In this document: piece after piece, positions 12,468-26,370 of the stretch
How the letters are laid out: every line of letters begins with the position of its first letter
Position numbering within the stretch: the stretch's first letter is position 1
DNA from: Geosiphon pyriformis uo1
Taxonomy: Eukaryota > Fungi > Glomeromycota
Reading direction: 5' to 3'
NCBI GenBank assembly: GCA_016748015.1
Contig: JAAOMT010000678.1
Location: 476,389 to 540,388, forward strand
DNA: 64,000 nucleotides
The notes under the pieces: model-generated
The model's database searches: none
What the model saw: only the letters and a program-made list of their open reading frames with translations
What the model was told of the DNA's origin: nothing
Program-made: the position numbers and the translations under genes

Positions 12468-14623
12468 TATCTATTATTAATATATAAACCTTGAAAAGCT
12501 TTAATTTAATTGAATCCAAATTCTCAAAAATTTGTCAAGTTTTTTGTGGCGATGCGAAAAAAATTAATAAACGAATACAAAATTGCCTTATTTGAAGTCA
12601 AATTTAAAAATGTATAAAGTTTTTTTTTCATTTTCTCCGGTCACCGAGTTAAATTTAAATTTTTGTTTTTCCATTCCATTCTTTATTAGGTCTTTCAGTT
12701 TTGTAAATCTTTTTTTTTGTGTCACAGTTCCTAAATTAAACCTTTTTTTTTGTTTTTGCTTTGTTTGACAAAATTATTTACATCATTTACGGAAAATGAT
12801 GAAACAATGTGTTTCTTTCCACTAATTCTTTTTTGGTATTCCAATTGATCACCCAAAAAAGGTTTAGGAAAAAAAATTCCGGAATCATTATCAAAAATAT
12901 TTTATGAAGCGAATTTAGTCCTTCAGCTCTCAAAAGACTGCGATCGAAATTAACAACAGAGATAAATTAAAACCTAATTATTATTATTATTATTATTATT
13001 TAAGATGCAATGAAAGTCAAGTACATCAAAAGATTCTGAAAGTTCCAACTAAGAATTAAAAAGTGTTGTCAAATTTAATATTCTAATTGGTTAAAGAGCA
13101 AAATATAAAAATAATAATAATTCCAGTTACTAAGCAAAAAACTAAATAGAAAAAGAAAAAGAAACTTTAAAGGTAAATTTTAATTTTCTTTCTTTTACTA
13201 TTCTTTCCTTCCTGCATTTTCAATTCCTTTCTTTGTCAATTAATTATTCTAGTCTTCCATCCTTCGTATAACTATTTCAATTGGAAATTTATTATTTATC
13301 GAAATAGAAGGAGGAATCATTTCCAATTTTATTTTCACTATTTATTACTAATTTCTCAAATGAATTTTAAGAGTCTCTCAATTGATTCCTTTATTTCATT
13401 CATATTCTTCTACACAATATTTTACCTCGAGGTTAATTAGAATCTTTTACAGGCATCAAGAGCAGGGATGGAGTTTGTTCTTATGCATTTTGTGATACAT
13501 TTATTTTAGTTTTTGAACTTTCTCTAGTATTTTTACTTTTTATCTGGTAGAATATATATTCTTGTACCATTTATAAACCTTTCCTAATTGGTTACAAAAA
13601 TTTTGACTTATAAATATGAACTTTTAAAGTTCTTGATTTTATCTCAAGGCCAGAATTCTCTCCTTCATGATTATTAATCCTTTCTAAGAAAAAAAAACAA
13701 AAAATTTTTTGTTGAGTTTGAATATATTCTTTAGCTGTGGAAAACTATTACGAAAATATTTTTAATCGTATTCAAAAAAGTGAAACCAACAAATTTCGGC
13801 GATTTAATTCTTTGAATTAATTTATTAATTTTTTATTTTTTTTGTGTATCCCCAACCCAAAAATACAGAGGCTAATTATCATTTGTTATCTCTCTCTCTC
13901 TATTCACCTAACTGTTACAAGCGAAAAAATTTAAACATATAAAAGATATTTTTATTAAAAATGGCCCCGAAAAATGACTAGAATAAATATTATTCCTTGA
14001 AAGTAACCAAAATATTTTCAATAAATAATTTATTAAACAAAAAGAAAATTTGGTTTTTCGATTAAGGAAAAAAAATCTCATTCCAAAACATTTAGAAATA
14101 TTAAATTTTTTTTTTATTGAATTTAAAAAATCAATATATGTATATTTAGTTTATTAAGAATTGATAATTTATTTTTCCCACCACAATCTTACCAATTGTC
14201 CCATTTCTTTAGCCATATAAATTATGTACACAAACACTAAAGGAAAATTTACTTCTTTCTTTTTTATGCTCTTAGCGATATAAATATAAACTAAGGACTT
14301 TAGTTATTTATTGGACATTAGGTTTAATATTATATATATATTGGGCAAATTAATCCCTTAATATCTGCTCTTGCTAAATAATTTGTTAATTCAGAATTTT
14401 GAAAGTATAAACAAAAACCTTTGAAAGGGGGGTCATAAAAATTAATTTATATCTTATTTCTTTCACAATATTTATATAATTTTTTATGATGACTCTTCTC
14501 ATTGTGATAACTAGTTTTAAAGAAATCTATGAATTACCAACCAATATTAGTTAGAATTTATAAAATCCAAATTATTAATTAGATCCATTTTTAGGCAGAT
14601 TAATTTTATTCTTGTTTTTATTT

Positions 14624-14654
<31 letters not shown>

Positions 14655-16599
14655 TTTGATGCTTGTAAAAGATCGAAGATTGTTTTCAAAACTGACAATT
14701 TGTATTAATAAACAAATTAAATAATTAATTTTTTAAAGCGATCAAACTTAAAATCAAGCATTAATCTATAAAAATTCAGTTTTAAATAACAAAATACTAT
14801 CCTTTTATTTCAATCATAAATTTGTTTATTTTATACTTTTTTTACAGCAAAAAATTATAATCAGGTCAATAATCAATCAAAAAATTTTGTTAAAATAATT
14901 ATCATGACCCATTTTTAAATATGTAACACTAAATAAATTGTTATAATAATTGAATATTTTACAAAACAAATTTTTTTTTTCAATTTTATAATATTAAAAA
15001 TAATTTAATTTATTTCAGAAAAAACTAAATATAACATATTTCTTAATTTTTTGTCTTAGATTCATCTTATTTTTTCATTTATCATTGCTCATTCAAGTTT
15101 ACTCAAGATAAAATTGTAAAATAAGTTTTTTTATATCTTCAAAAACAACACTTGAGCTTAGTTCATAAATGTCATTTTATTCTAAAGTTAATAAATAAGG
15201 TATATCGCAAAAATAATTAAATAAAATTAATATAAATTCCGTAAAAATATTTATTTAGAATATAATTAATACTTAACGATTAATAAAAAGAAAGCTTTTC
15301 ACTTACAGAAATGACGAGAGAAATCATGATTCCAAAAAATAACTCATTTTTTTTTATGAAATAATTGAAAAAAGATTTGCTTTAGCAACTCAAATGGTAA
15401 AAATATCCATTTTTAAAATCGTAATGGGAATAAACCTGTTTAAATAAATTGTAAAATCATAATTGCCTGGATTTTCCTTTTTCATTTTTATTTCAACTTC
15501 CCTTACATTTTTCTCTACTTCCTCGAAGATCAAAATATGAAATCGTAGAAAATAAAAATAATGCACTCACAGAACTCTAGATAAGGTCACGTATTCTTTC
15601 TAATAAAACCAGTGCGATATTCCATATTTAAATTTGGAACTTAATTTATCCACCTGTTTTAAACAAATAAGATATTTCTTAAAAAATTAGATCCGACTCT
15701 TTGTCCAAATACTATATTGATTCACTTGTGAAAATTAAAATAATACTTTAAAAATATTAAATAGGAAACGAAGGTCTTTAAATCTCTAGTTTAATGAAAG
15801 ATATGACATAAAGTTTTTTGAATATAATCTTCTCTTCGGTTCTTTTGAATTTTTCTAAAAAATATAAAACCTTTTTGTTCGGGTTAGATTATTCCTGAAT
15901 ATTCATTATATTACACGAAAAGTCCATTAAAATTCTTTATTTTCAATAATTGGGATTTCGAGATACAGTGTGAAACAAAAACCAAAATTACAAAATTTTG
16001 AATGACCAAGTTATAATATTAAGCAAATTCTTTTGAGAAAAACTTTGGCAAAATAGCTAGATTATTATTCTGTTAAAACTGATATTTTCTTTTTATGTAA
16101 AACTTTACTTTATGCCTAAAAATTTTTAGTCATTAGATATAAAATAAATAAATTTTTTATTTTAATTTTAATGTTTTATTATCATGTTTCAAAAAATTAA
16201 AACCAGTTTCATTTAAAAATAACTTTTTTCCAATTATTATTAATGATTTTTAGGTCACTTTTTAAGAAATTTTCAAGTATATCAAAAAAATTTTAAAATT
16301 CTGACAATATATATTGTTTTAATGTTTTTAAAATATTTGTCATAATTTTTTGATCAATTATTACCTTTTAATATTATGTTTATTTTTAAATTTTATAAAT
16401 ATTTAACTAAGTTAATATATATATTATGTAACAAAAAAAAATAGATAAAAATATTACATTATAAAACTTTTTCATTTTTTATTCAATTTAAATCAAATAA
16501 AATTTATATTATAGGCTTTATTTTTACTATTTACAAAAAGAAATTAATTTCATAATTTACATTAAAAATCAATTTTTTAATCAAAGAATATGGCAAACA

Positions 16600-16850
16600 A
16601 AAACTAATTTTTTTTTATAAGATAAAAGTAAATTTTTTGTTTTAGAATTAAAAAAAATTGAGCACAAAAACAGGATAATTGTTATAAAAAAAATTATAAA
16701 GCATGTATTGAAAAAAGAGGTTAATATTTCTACAAAAAATGGATAATTTGGAGCAATATATAATTGAAAAATATAATTCTTTTTCAAAACCATGGTAATC
16801 AATTTATTAAATTCAATATAATACTGAATTGCATATTAAATTTTATAAAC
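16600..16850 (+). mobile_element. Possible very eroded Tc1-like transposase C-terminal fragment
   Basis: NLEQYIIEKYNSF..MVINLLNSI* (~16745-16820) resembles the Tc1 C-terminus at ~50875-50960 (ELE..FMEEEWQDIPESTLIGLVGSMR). Short and heavily AT-shifted. Confidence 0.25.
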
Positions 16851-17196
16851 ATAATTATTTCATTGATTTTAAAATTAAACAAAAATATAATATCTTCAAA
16901 ATAGTATTTTAGAAAAATTTAATAACAATCAAGTTTAAATTTCTAAATGGCCAATTGATAACTTTAAAATCTTTTTTTAAAAAAATGACTTAATAAGGCA
17001 GTTAAATTGGTGTCTTATTTAAGTAATCAATGATGTTTTAGAAAAGTCAAAAGACAAGCAACATCATTTAGTTAACTTTAAAATTATTTTATATGAAAAA
17101 AGATAATTTGACACCAATCTTTTTTAATAATAAATGGACTTTATTTTTTTCACGTGATAAGATTTAAAAGTTTCTTTTTTATTTGAACACGTAGGA

Positions 17197-18260
17197 TTAC
17201 TCATTACTGACTGAAAAAAGCTCTGCAACATCTGACTGTACACATTGACATCCGCTTCGTTTAGCCATACCCAGCCAAAACAAACCATTGTGAAAATCTC
17301 TTAAAACACCTTGCCCATTTAAATAGAAATGACCAAGCATTTGTTGTGAATGATGATGTCCAAGATAAGCTGCCTTGGAGAGCCATTGAAATGCCAATTT
17401 CAAGTGTTTTGGTGTACCAATGCCGTATTGGTATGCTCTTCCCAAATGATACATTCCTAAAGAAGAAAGTCAGTTTAATGAAAAATTATTCTTCAGAAAA
17501 CTCTCATACTTTTAAGAGCATATATTATTTGATATTCTTCACCATTGGTATTCAAATTTCCGGCAGATTGTGTATACCAGAAAAAGGCTTTGTCATTTTG
17601 GGATTCTCCCTCCGATAAACGACCCTTGAATTTAACCAGCCGTTTCTATAAAGTTAGTAAAAATCAGGTTGGATAATAAAATTCCAGGAATAAGGAACGT
17701 ACCAACGCCAGCTGTCCAACTGCTGATCCAGCTTTCGCAGATTTTTCAGCCCAATACACAGCCATCTGAAGATTTTTTTGTACACCAGCTCCTTGAAAAA
17801 AGCAGAAAGCTAATTGTGACATCCCAGCACTTGATTTTCCTTCAGCCGATTTCTTAGCCCATAAATAACCGTGATATGGATCTTTCGCAGTGCCAATCCC
17901 TTCCAGGAAACATAGTGATAACAGAGCCTGAGCTGTGGAATTGTTTTTCTTTTCGGCACATGTCTTGTATAGGCTGAAAGCCTCATTAGCGTTAGCTTCT
18001 GTTCCAATTCCTCGTTCGTGGAACAAACCAAAAATGCATTGGTATATCACGTCCTCTTGATTTTTCGAAAGGAAATCAAAAACACTCAGTGGAGTGACAT
18101 TGTACTTGCTAAGAAAGTCTAAGGCCTCGGGTTTAAAGTATTCTTTCTCACCACGGTCTACTGATTTCGCAAAAAAAAATTTCAGATCTAAACCGAATTT
18201 AATTTGCTCTTTTGTGAGTTGATCCTTTTTGTCAGTTTTTAAAGTAATCTTCAAGTCCAT
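17197..18260 (-). CDS. Sel1-like repeat (SLR) protein A, ~306 aa; exons 18260-17703, 17645-17543, 17456-17197
   Basis: SLR motifs such as AQALLSLCFLEGIGTAKDPYHGYLWAKKSAE and GMYHLGRAYQYGIGTPKHLKLAFQWLSKAA. Introns GTACGT..TACTAAC..TAG (57 bp) and GTGAAG..CTGAC..TAG (86 bp) join the ORF-track fragments in frame. Confidence 0.88.
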
Positions 18261-19150
18261 GTCAGTGTCGAAAGTTGAATATAATAGAAATTCCCAAAGT
18301 ATTCTCTAATCAATGGAAATATTTTAGTTTTTAGCCAGAATCGTTTCCAGACTTAATAGGATGATTATAAAAATATTCTGCCATCAGATTTCCCACCTAA
18401 GTTTTTTATTTTCTACTCTGGTAAAACCCATTAAAGTGACCCGGAGATTAACTATTGCCGAATTTAAAAATACTATTAGGGTTTTTAAACACTAGCTGGT
18501 TAGCGTTTAGAGTAATTGGATATTCTATTTGACTGTTGATAATTTCCTAATTTTCTACAATTTAGATGCAATGTTAGCCTTAATACGCTTAATACGGTAA
18601 CTACGATACATTTCAGAGCACGAACCTGAAACTATCTTTTTCTCAATTTCTTATCCTCCTGCTGCTGCTGCTGCTGCTGCAATTTATCAAGAAAATTTTA
18701 AAGCAAAATGTTTACTGAAATAAATACACTAATTTTAAATCCTTGTATGTGGCACCGGAAAAATTAATTACTAAATAACACGTTGCAATTTTACCAGGTG
18801 CTATTGGTATTTTATAATGAGAATTCATGATTTGAAGCATTAAGCTTCACAAAATAGTCATATAACTAGTTCAGTAACAGTTAAGGAAAAGTGTTTTAGA
18901 TAGCCGAAGTTATCAATTAAATGTCTAATACTCGAAAATTAACATTTGAATCAGGCGCGACCAGCAAGACAAATGGTAATGATTGGGTTATCGTCAACAA
19001 ATACCGTAAAGTGGTCTTGGCCTTTTCACGAGAAAATGCGAATTTAAAGAGGATAATAAGATTTCGTAATTGGAAAGCACAAGTGAGGGAGAAGCTAAAG
19101 TTGATTTTTCCCCGCAATTCGGTTTATGTATGCTAAAAAAATTATAAAGA

Positions 19151-20782
19151 TCAAAATCGAAGCCTGAAAAGACCGAACACACCATCGCAAGCATGTTTAC
19201 AGCCATTAGTATGTGCCTTATAATACAACCATAGCGCTTCATGAACGTCTCTCGATATCCCAACACCATGTTCATAACAGCTTCCAAGCCTTTTCTGACC
19301 ATGTTCGTCGATTCGGGATGATTTTCGGTACCAATAAAAAGCTTTAACACCATCAACCGGAATTTCACCTCCTTTTCTATAAAAATTGGCCAGATGATAT
19401 TGCCCAACAGCATCTCCATTTTTTGCAGATTCCTTGTAGCATTCAAGCGCCAATTGCAAATCTTGGGTGGTGCCATAACCCCTTTCATAACAGTATGCAA
19501 GTCGTCGTTGAGCCGCTGGATTTTCTTCTTCGGCAGCTCTTTTGTACAAGGAAAATGCCATACTAGGATCTTTTTCTACACTTCGGCCTTTTTGATAGCA
19601 TTTTGCGAGATGATAAATAGCAATGGCGTTGCCTGTTTCAGCAGACTTTTGATACCAGTAGAAAGCTTTGTTGTTGTCTTTTTCGACTCCTGAACCTGTC
19701 TCATAACATCTTCCAAGTTTCCATTGTGAAAGTGCCATTCCAGATTCGGCAGATTTTATATACCATTCAAGACCCTTTTGTTCATCTTTAGTCACACCAA
19801 ATCCCTTGGCATAACATCTTCCCAGGCCCCATTTTCCCCAATTTGATCCTCCCTGAACTGAAAGAGCTAGCCAAAAAAATGCCTGAGATTCATGCCTTGA
19901 ACATCCATCTCCGTTTAAAAAACAATTACCGATTATTGCTTGTGCAAAAGGATTTCCAGCTTGTGCAGCAATCATGTATTCCCGGAATGCCATATTCAAA
20001 TCAGGGACTATTCCAATTCCAAATTTATGGAAGTCACCAAGAAGGCATCGATGATTGGAAATGTTTGGATTGTTAAGTAATATTTTAAAAGCCATTTCGG
20101 GTGTCAAATTAATATTCTTTAAGAACAGCCGGATAGCTTTCTCAAGAAATCCTTTTTCTGACCTTTCCAGACTTTTGGTAAATATTTGAGTAACCCCGTA
20201 TATAAAAAAATTGTCTTTATTAGCCTCCTCGTAAACAGAAAGATCCTTTTTTTCTAAGGACAAAATAGTTTGTTTTTTTGTATTTGTAGGATCAGCGAAT
20301 TCCTCGCTTTCCAAACAGTTTCGAAGAAAAATAGGACCAAGTTTATCTCCAGCTTCAACACTTTGTCCGAAATGAAAACGAGCTTTCTCGCAATCTGCTA
20401 TTGTGCCAATTCCATGCTGGTAAAAGCAACCGAGGAATATTCTATAGTCCTTATTTTCTTCTCGAGATAAGAATGAAAAAACTTGCTGGTGAGAGTATTC
20501 ATTAACATTGAGAAATTCATATATGCACTGGGTTTGATCAACTTTTTCCATGAGCTTAGTCAATCCATATTTCAACCTAATTTCCCAAAGAAAATTATCG
20601 ATACTGCTAGCTAGAATTTTTTCATTTGACTTTTCCAATAGTTTTTGTTCACTCGCCTTAATCGAAGTTAAGGTTTGTCTTTGGATATACGGCTAAGATA
20701 GGATTTTCGAGGTCAAATGACGTTGATAAGAAAATGTGAATATTGGAAGCAAAAAAGTTTATGAAAAATGAATTCCTACCAT
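19151..20782 (-). CDS. Sel1-like repeat (SLR) protein B, ~514 aa; exons 20782-20780 (ATG only) and 20692-19151
   Basis: About eight SLRs (e.g. SQWKLGRCYETGSGVEKDNNKAFYWYQKSAETG). The frame is open upstream of the TTG at 20638 back to an acceptor TCTTAG|CCG at 20693; upstream AAAATG|GTAGGA gives an 87-bp intron. Confidence 0.88.
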
Positions 20783-21545
20783 TTTATTAAATTTTGTGTG
20801 TAGGACCCTGGAGTTTTTTAATCATCAATAAGTGTTTTCACAATTATCAATTAATATAGAATAACGGAGACACGGAGCAAATGGTGTAACTTAGTAAACT
20901 ATAATCTTTAATGTTTTAGGGTCTCACTTGGATATACTTGTACCAACAAACACGCAAGGAAGATTACTGATATGTAAATATTTGGGATCGAATTTTCCCA
21001 GAAAGGGTACCCAGCATAAGCCGTGCGTTTGATAGTGATGTAATGTTTAAACTTTTGCAATGAATGTTTTTCTACTTTTTCCTGAAATATTTAAATCTCA
21101 AAGAGCTCTAGTTTGTAAAAAAAAAAATTTTGCTTATCCGATACGTCAATTCTTTTTGTCGATAAATTTTTTTTTTGAAGTAATAAAGATATTAATTTCA
21201 AGAGTTCAATGTATTCAAGAACTTGAAAAATAAATGAATAGAATAGACAAGTGCTGAAATAATGGGGAAAATATTTTGGGTTCACTTTATAGAAAACTTT
21301 GAATCATATAATTTAGCAAATTTTTAATTGATGAAAATCAGGTATCAACACAAAAAATTACATTTTCAAGGAGTGCAAGATTAATTTAGAAAAATTCCCA
21401 AATTCCCCTAGAAGAAATTTGAAATTTCCTCTCATGTAAAGTTAAAATTAAGTTATGAAAATTTTGTGACACAGTGGCGCTTGACAAATTTATAGAAAAT
21501 ATATATATATTTATTCAATTTACAGTTGTATTTTGAAAGGAGTAA

Positions 21546-22985
21546 CTAATATCGATGACCAATATCAATTAATTGACCTGGATCTTCGATAGTCCATAAC
21601 TGATGAAGATGCTGGGCATAATAAGAGAAAGTACTACCATTAGTTCCATAAAATTTACCCCCTTTAGCAGCAATGACTAAATCGACCATCGGGATAAAAT
21701 GATTATAAAGATTTGTTCCGTCTCGGCTATTAATCATCTTTTTTAGAGGTGAAAGTTGATCAGTAAAGTTCTTTAATATAAAAGTACAAGGATATTTTGA
21801 AAAAAAGGGAATTAAAGCCTTGTCATGCTTTTCAATATCTGTAGCTAGATAAATTTTTTGATTGTTGGAGCTTGCACATTTGGAAAAACTCATTTCACTT
21901 CCGTAAATTTCTGAATTCGTTTCAGAAAGGATTTCATCTTTTTCCATTGCTTCAATCAAAATTTGAATCGTTTCTTTTTTGTACTTTTTATATCCATGAT
22001 CTCCAGCTCGCAAATGAATGCCCACGTATTGACCTGATCCACCTAATTTCTTCGTAATTTCATTAGCAACGTCCAGTAATACAGGATTTCCAAACACCAA
22101 ATGTCGATCAATGACCGTTTCTTTGAAGCGTTTATTTCCCCACAGGTTGAGAGTTAATCTTTTTGAGCTATACACACTATAAAAGTGGATCAATTTTTCT
22201 TTTCGTTCTCGGAGACTACACAGACTGGCTCGACGTGAGAATGGAGTTACGGAATCATTTGGGGTACTTTCGTCAAAGAATTGATAATCATATCGTGTTG
22301 CTTCGGTTGGATAGTAAATTTCGGTTTGTGGATTGGTGATGTTTAACATGGTATATAAATTTGTGCTTGAAAAGTCTTCACGATTGCGAATACGAACATA
22401 ACGTTCAATATATTCCATATCTAATATTTCGTCCCATCTTAAAAGAGTGTACGAAGCGGTAAAACGAAGACACTTTTCTTTGCTATTCTCTACCAAATCA
22501 TCAGAATCATCAAAATCATTAGAATCATCACAATCAGATGAATCTTTGTGAGCTTTGAATCGAGCTAAGGAGCTCATCAACGCAGCATTAGGACTCCAAG
22601 GTATTTTTCTTCCAAGAATTGTTGGGGGCAAAATTAATGTCCTATTTGTGTACCACGCTAAAAAGATTGCATTCGTTAAAGATATCCGTTGATTGTGAAA
22701 ACCACTATGCGGCAAATATGTCAAGAACTTTTCTTGGCGATTTTCATGCTTTATAAAATCCAAGGTGCATTTAGAAATGTTGGGATGAAAAATTTTCGTC
22801 TGTAAATCTTCAGAAAAATCGATTTCTAGAGGCGTGGTATCTGTCAGAGTGTTGTAGTCTTTTGAAAACAGAACTTTCGTGTAAATAGCTATTGAAAATG
22901 CCAAAAGAATCGCAGGGTAAAGGCATTTTTTCAAGGTATGCCACAAAGCATTTCGTGAAGAGTCTCCTATATAATAATATTTCAT
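21546..22985 (-). CDS. GDP-fucose protein O-fucosyltransferase-like (O-FucT / CigA-like) type II membrane protein, 479 aa
   Basis: N-terminal TM anchor LYPAILLAFSIAIYT; motifs YLPHSGFHNQR, NRTLILPP, YVGIHLRAGD, IYLATD and DLVIAAKGGKFYGTNGSTFS typical of this GT-B family. Confidence 0.88.
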   Translation of the reverse strand: MKYYYIGDSSRNALWHTLKKCLYPAILLAFSIAIYTKVLFSKDYNTLTDTTPLEIDFSEDLQTKIFHPNISKCTLDFIKHENRQEKFLTYLPHSGFHNQRISLTNAIFLAWYTNRTLILPPTILGRKIPWSPNAALMSSLARFKAHKDSSDCDDSNDFDDSDDLVENSKEKCLRFTASYTLLRWDEILDMEYIERYVRIRNREDFSSTNLYTMLNITNPQTEIYYPTEATRYDYQFFDESTPNDSVTPFSRRASLCSLRERKEKLIHFYSVYSSKRLTLNLWGNKRFKETVIDRHLVFGNPVLLDVANEITKKLGGSGQYVGIHLRAGDHGYKKYKKETIQILIEAMEKDEILSETNSEIYGSEMSFSKCASSNNQKIYLATDIEKHDKALIPFFSKYPCTFILKNFTDQLSPLKKMINSRDGTNLYNHFIPMVDLVIAAKGGKFYGTNGSTFSYYAQHLHQLWTIEDPGQLIDIGHRY

Positions 22986-25900
22986 ATTTTTACTCTTGCT
23001 CTGGAAATTTCTATGAACAAGTTGTAATATTTATAGTTCAAAAGTGTGGAAATATTGATGATTGATATTGTAAAGTTATAAATAATGGGAAACGATAGGC
23101 TATAATTCCACTCTATGGGAATAGCCTTATGTTTGATTGGCAGATGCTTAGCAGAAAGGAATGGCTGCTTTAACTAATTTGGAAATCTTCTTAAAGCTTT
23201 TTTAAATATAGACAATTAGAGAGCCCCCCAGCTCTCTCTAAAGTGATTCAAACTCATCAGTTTCCCAATATGTGATAAGGAAAAATTCGTAGTAATAAAA
23301 AGACCACGGAAACAATTATACTACCCTATATTTTACACGAGTTTTTACTTTATTAGGAATCGACATCATACATTGAAAATTATCTTGGCATTAAAATGAG
23401 GGCTGATTGGATTATTAGGGTTTGACATTTACACATGATAACGTGATAGACCTAATGTGTTCATTTGAATGAAGTTATGTGATTTCATAGAGAATGTGTA
23501 TGCTTTTCATAGTAAATAGTAAATGGGGCAACTTCCATAGTTTTTGAGGAATAACTCAAAAAACTCTGCTCAAAAGAATATAGATCAATTCGATTTGTCT
23601 AAAATGCTTGCATTCGAGTTCTTGAACAATATATTAGAAATATATACAAATTTTTTTAATTTTCATTTAGTTTTCTCTGTCTCAGCCCAATTGTAAATTT
23701 TATTTTATTCATATATATATATTTCTACGTGAGGATATGATCTTAAAATTGGTAAAATCTACCCATTTTCAATGTATTTTTTTCAATGAAAAAATTCGAA
23801 ATTTTAGTAGATTTTCATTGTGGTAAATATAAATATCAAAAATTCTAAATTGATCTTTAACAGATTATCAAATTACTGCATCCTGCATACTCATACATGA
23901 CTAAAAATTCTTGGCGCATATTCTATGATAGAATATCTTGGCATTTTCGCTTTACCTGATTGGCTTTTCACTACGATGTTAATAAAAGTTGGCTGCGCTT
24001 TAAAGAATTTGTGTCAATCTAAGTAAAAATAATTTTTAATAATGACCTTTGATATTGCCATATGAAGCTGGGCTATTTAAAACAAACAAACAAACAAACA
24101 AACAAACAAAATGAATTCTTTGGAGGATGAGATGGAAATTTTTTTTATTTTATCAAAATACTTTGTTTGTCAAAGCTGAGCCTTCAGGCAAAGCAACAAA
24201 TTAATAAATAAAGCTTCGCACAAACTGGTTTGAGCCAAGTCATGGTAATGAAAGTGTTGGTTAAATCTTGATAATTCCTTAGCCCGGCTTAGCTTATATA
24301 CTAAGTGAAATTTCTTTATCATTTTATTAATCATTATTTAATATCTAAAAACCTGTTAATTTTATCATAATCATTTATTTTAAAAGAATATTTCCAACAT
24401 CATTTCTTTTGATAATTTTTACAGTTTCATCTATTGTCTTATTATTTTAAGGTATAAATATTAATCGATGGAAAACCATTGTTGCTTTGATAGAGGAATT
24501 GGTAATAGTGTTTTCGATTTTAAAGCAAAAAATTTTATTGACTTTACTGTGTGTCAATATATTTTGAGAATTAAAAAAAAAAAAAAAGAAAAGTTAATGA
24601 TATAAGATAACGATGAGAAGGTAAGATCAATTAAATTAAGAGCTGTCTCCAGCTTTTTTAAGCTAGATTTAAGCCATTCGAGCTCATCTTGACAGAAAGG
24701 TTCAAAGGGGGCAGAGCATTACAAACATTGACCGATTAATGAACCTAATTCCTAATTATTGAGAATTATTTTGAACTTCCTTGCCAAATAAAACCTCAAA
24801 TCATATGGATTATTGTGGCTAGATGTGAATCAAGTAAATCAAGCAACAAATATGTGTTAATCAAATCAGATATTTGGTTTTAGTTTACGATTACAAAAAT
24901 CATATTATTTCGATTACACGGATTGATCATTTGTAAATCATCTTAGCCAATTGAATATGGTACAGCAAATATTGGAATTAGAGAATAAATATTTTAAATG
25001 AAAATATTTCTTAAATTTACTTACCATCAAAAAAAATGTTTCATAAATTTTAAATGACTGTTAATTGTATTATATAAAACTTATTATAATTATTAATATT
25101 TTACTTTAATAAAAACTTTTTGATTAAAAAAAGAAGAATCATCTTGATAAATAAATTGAAAAGTTTTTTAACTGTATATACCATTATCTTTTTAATAATT
25201 ATTATTAAATATATATTATTTTTCTTGTTTTTAATAATGTTTTATTGATAAATTTATTTAATTTTTATAAAAAATGTCTGTTTTTGATTTAAAAAATAAT
25301 AATAATAATTTGTGAATTACAAAAGACAATAATAAAGTTTTCATTTAAAATATTTTGAGAATTAATTTAATAATACAAGTTTTTGTTTTGTGTTTTACAT
25401 ATATTAAGTTAAAAATAGTAAAACTTTATATATATATATATATATATTAATTTGATAATGAAAACTGGTTAATTTTTTTTTTGTTTCAATATCTATAAAA
25501 AAATAAAAATAAAAGTTTAATTTGATTAAAATTTCAAAAATTTCCATTTTTTTTTAAGTTTGCATATATATATATATATATATATTATTATTAATGAAAT
25601 AAATCAAAAAATTATTTTATTATAAACATGCCATTTTATCGTGAAAATTATGAAAAATCCTTTTTTTCAAGTTTTAATTTTTAAAGAAAACATCAATGAA
25701 ATGTTTAATTTTTTCCAGAAAAGATCAGTTTATTTTGATTTTTATATAAATAGCTCAATAGATCGCTCAAATTGGGATACTTTACTTTATTTTTTGATTT
25801 ATAAGCATAATTATTTTAAATTCGGGAATCACTTTTAAATTTAAATATATTTTAAAAATATATAGGGTAATAGTTTTTTATTTTGAAAAAAGAATTTAAA

Positions 25901-26370
25901 AACTTCTTTTTTAATTACATAAATTTCCGATTGCATTAAAATATCATAAAAGAGGGATAATAACTAAAATTAATGATTACCAATTATTTATTGCCTGAGA
26001 CATAAATGTCAATCAATCAATCAATCAATTAATTAATTAATAAATTGATAAATTGATCAAAAAACTTAAATATTAATAGAGACAATTTTTTTAAATTACA
26101 AGCGAATTGAAACATACGTTTTAATTAGTCAAGGGTATTTGCAAATATTAAAAGGTTTAAATAGGAGTTAGATTTTTGTCATGGTCAAATAAATCTTTCA
26201 GTGAGATTAAGAGAAACGAGTTATTTTATCTGGTGAGTGTTCTTAATTCAGTTGTTTAATGAAATTATTCATATCAAATGGTCAGATTTGTCATGGTTTA
26301 AAATATAGTGAGTTAAAAATAGGGTAAAAAATTAGATTGATTAAAGAAAAATTCGATTTACGAAGCATTT

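Noticed and set aside
13100-13340. Minus-strand fragments KIKLEMIPPSISI, TKDGRL and KELKMQE resembling the N-terminus of HMG1/2
   Set aside because: The core PN.F..YR helix is missing and the pieces are in different frames; too weak to call without a profile search.
18994-19500. 168-aa alternative-frame ORF and other overlapping or antisense ORFs (57765..58205, 8739..8945, 39312..39542)
   Set aside because: Shadows of well-supported genes, with no recognisable motifs.
23095-23242. Short hairpins upstream of the O-FucT gene (AGGCTAT/ATAGCCT; GAGAGC/GCTCTC)
   Set aside because: Short stems, single occurrence, no supporting context.
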